NCBI GenBank assembly: GCA_002633005.1
Contig: NMRA01000858.1
Location: 54,262-118,261, forward strand
DNA from: Phoronis australis
Lineage: Eukaryota; Animalia; Phoronida
Length of the DNA: 64,000 bases
Direction of reading: 5' to 3'
Part shown: piece by piece, positions 62,793 through 64,000 of the stretch
How the letters are laid out: each line of letters begins with the position of its first letter
Position numbering within the stretch: position 1 is the stretch's first letter
The notes under the pieces: model-generated
The model's input: the letters and a program-made list of their open reading frames with translations, nothing else
What the model was told of the DNA's origin: nothing
Databases searched by the model: none
Translations under genes and position numbers: made by a program

Positions 62793-64000
62793 CTGCAACA
62801 TCATAACAGATGGAATTAGGCATGCAATGTCACACACTAACAACAACAAGGTCTAAGCAGCACTGTCCTTTGCAGTCGCCTCTACAAATGTTGATTTTAG
62901 TGGCTACCACACTTGAAGTATTGACAACAGCACAATCTTTACTTTCTGTGAAGTTTAAATTTTCTTTGCAAAATATACACTAGTCTACTTTGAAGAAAAA
63001 ATAATGGCAAATAATCACATTTTTTCATTTTTCAAAGAGTTCTAACATTTGACCAAAATTTCTCATAACATTGTAAACAGGCCTATAATTGACACGACTG
63101 TAGCTAAAGACAATGCTTTATCATTTGCAGTAATATCCACTGAAATTTGAAAGTCCAGCGCCATCCTTTACACTTTTCTAACCTAAGCGTAGAAATAACG
63201 AATTTAAAAGGGAAAACTATAGTGTTTACAAGAAATTTTCATTTTTAAAAATATCCATTGTTAAGCAGCAGTAAATGGGTTGAGTCCTCGTCCAATGTTT
63301 GTTTACAGCATCTACAGGGAATGACTACCTATAGGCCTACGGTAAATACAGTATGGTCGAACCCTCGTCGTGGCGGTGCACAGATGCGTCCTCAGCTTCT
63401 GATCGTCTCCAATACACTATATATACTACAAGGTATGACACTCGGGACTAAGAATTCCATGGGTGCTTCACTTCAGCCCTCCATATCAAAAACATAACTT
63501 AATAAATTTACACAAGACAGGGGTTCAACAAACCATGAGCAATTGTTTTCTACTGATAGCATTTACAAAGCGTTCACAACAAATTCGCAGTCAAAGCATA
63601 AAAGTCTTTCCGAAAAGCCACTGCGTACTGTCAATGTGCCAAATGGAAATTATTGATTTGTCACGCAAGGTCACGACATCAATAACTCCACACTTGTTCG
63701 TAATTACGTAACTTTCCGTGACAAACCAGCAATTGCCGTCCATCCGTAACTCATCGGATAATTCTGTAAGGGCACATTGACAGTATGCACCTGCTTTTTG
63801 GGAAGAATTTTCTGCTTTGACCACGAATTTGATGTGAACTCGCTGACCCTAGATCGGCCTAGATGCTATATCAGAAGAACAATTAATGGTTTGTTGAACC
63901 CGTTTTGTGTAAATTTATTAAGTGCTGTGTTTGATATGGACGGCTTAAGTGAAGCACCCGTGGAATTCCTTGTCCCGAGTGTTATACCTTGTAGTATACA

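Overview
Eukaryotic (metazoan, probably invertebrate) genomic DNA with spliceosomal GT-AG introns and several assembly gaps; the species cannot be determined from the sequence. The first ~25 kb is a transposon graveyard: a nest of at least four BEL/Pao LTR retrotransposons, a solo LTR with a perfect 5-bp TSD, Ty3/Gypsy integrase remnants, a decayed piggyBac, other DNA-transposon and LINE remnants, and Helentron/DINE-1-type non-autonomous repeats carrying arrays of CTCF-like motifs. Nearly all coding TE remnants there lie on the minus strand. The region from 27 to 64 kb holds four spliced genes that the ORF track shows only in fragments. Two are head-to-head 5-hydroxyisourate hydrolase/transthyretin-like paralogs. 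Both keep the catalytic His/Arg/His/YRGS signature but lack a peroxisomal PTS2: one appears to be a type II membrane-anchored form (minus, 27279-36231), the other a signal-peptide, N-glycosylated secreted form (plus, 38177-43403). The third is an LDLRAD3-like receptor (3x LDLa, TM, two PPxY motifs) lying tail-to-tail with the secreted paralog. The fourth is PRPF19 (minus; first coding exon not located). The main candidate novelty is this extracellular HIUase/transthyretin-like pair. All exon structures were read by eye and need transcript confirmation.
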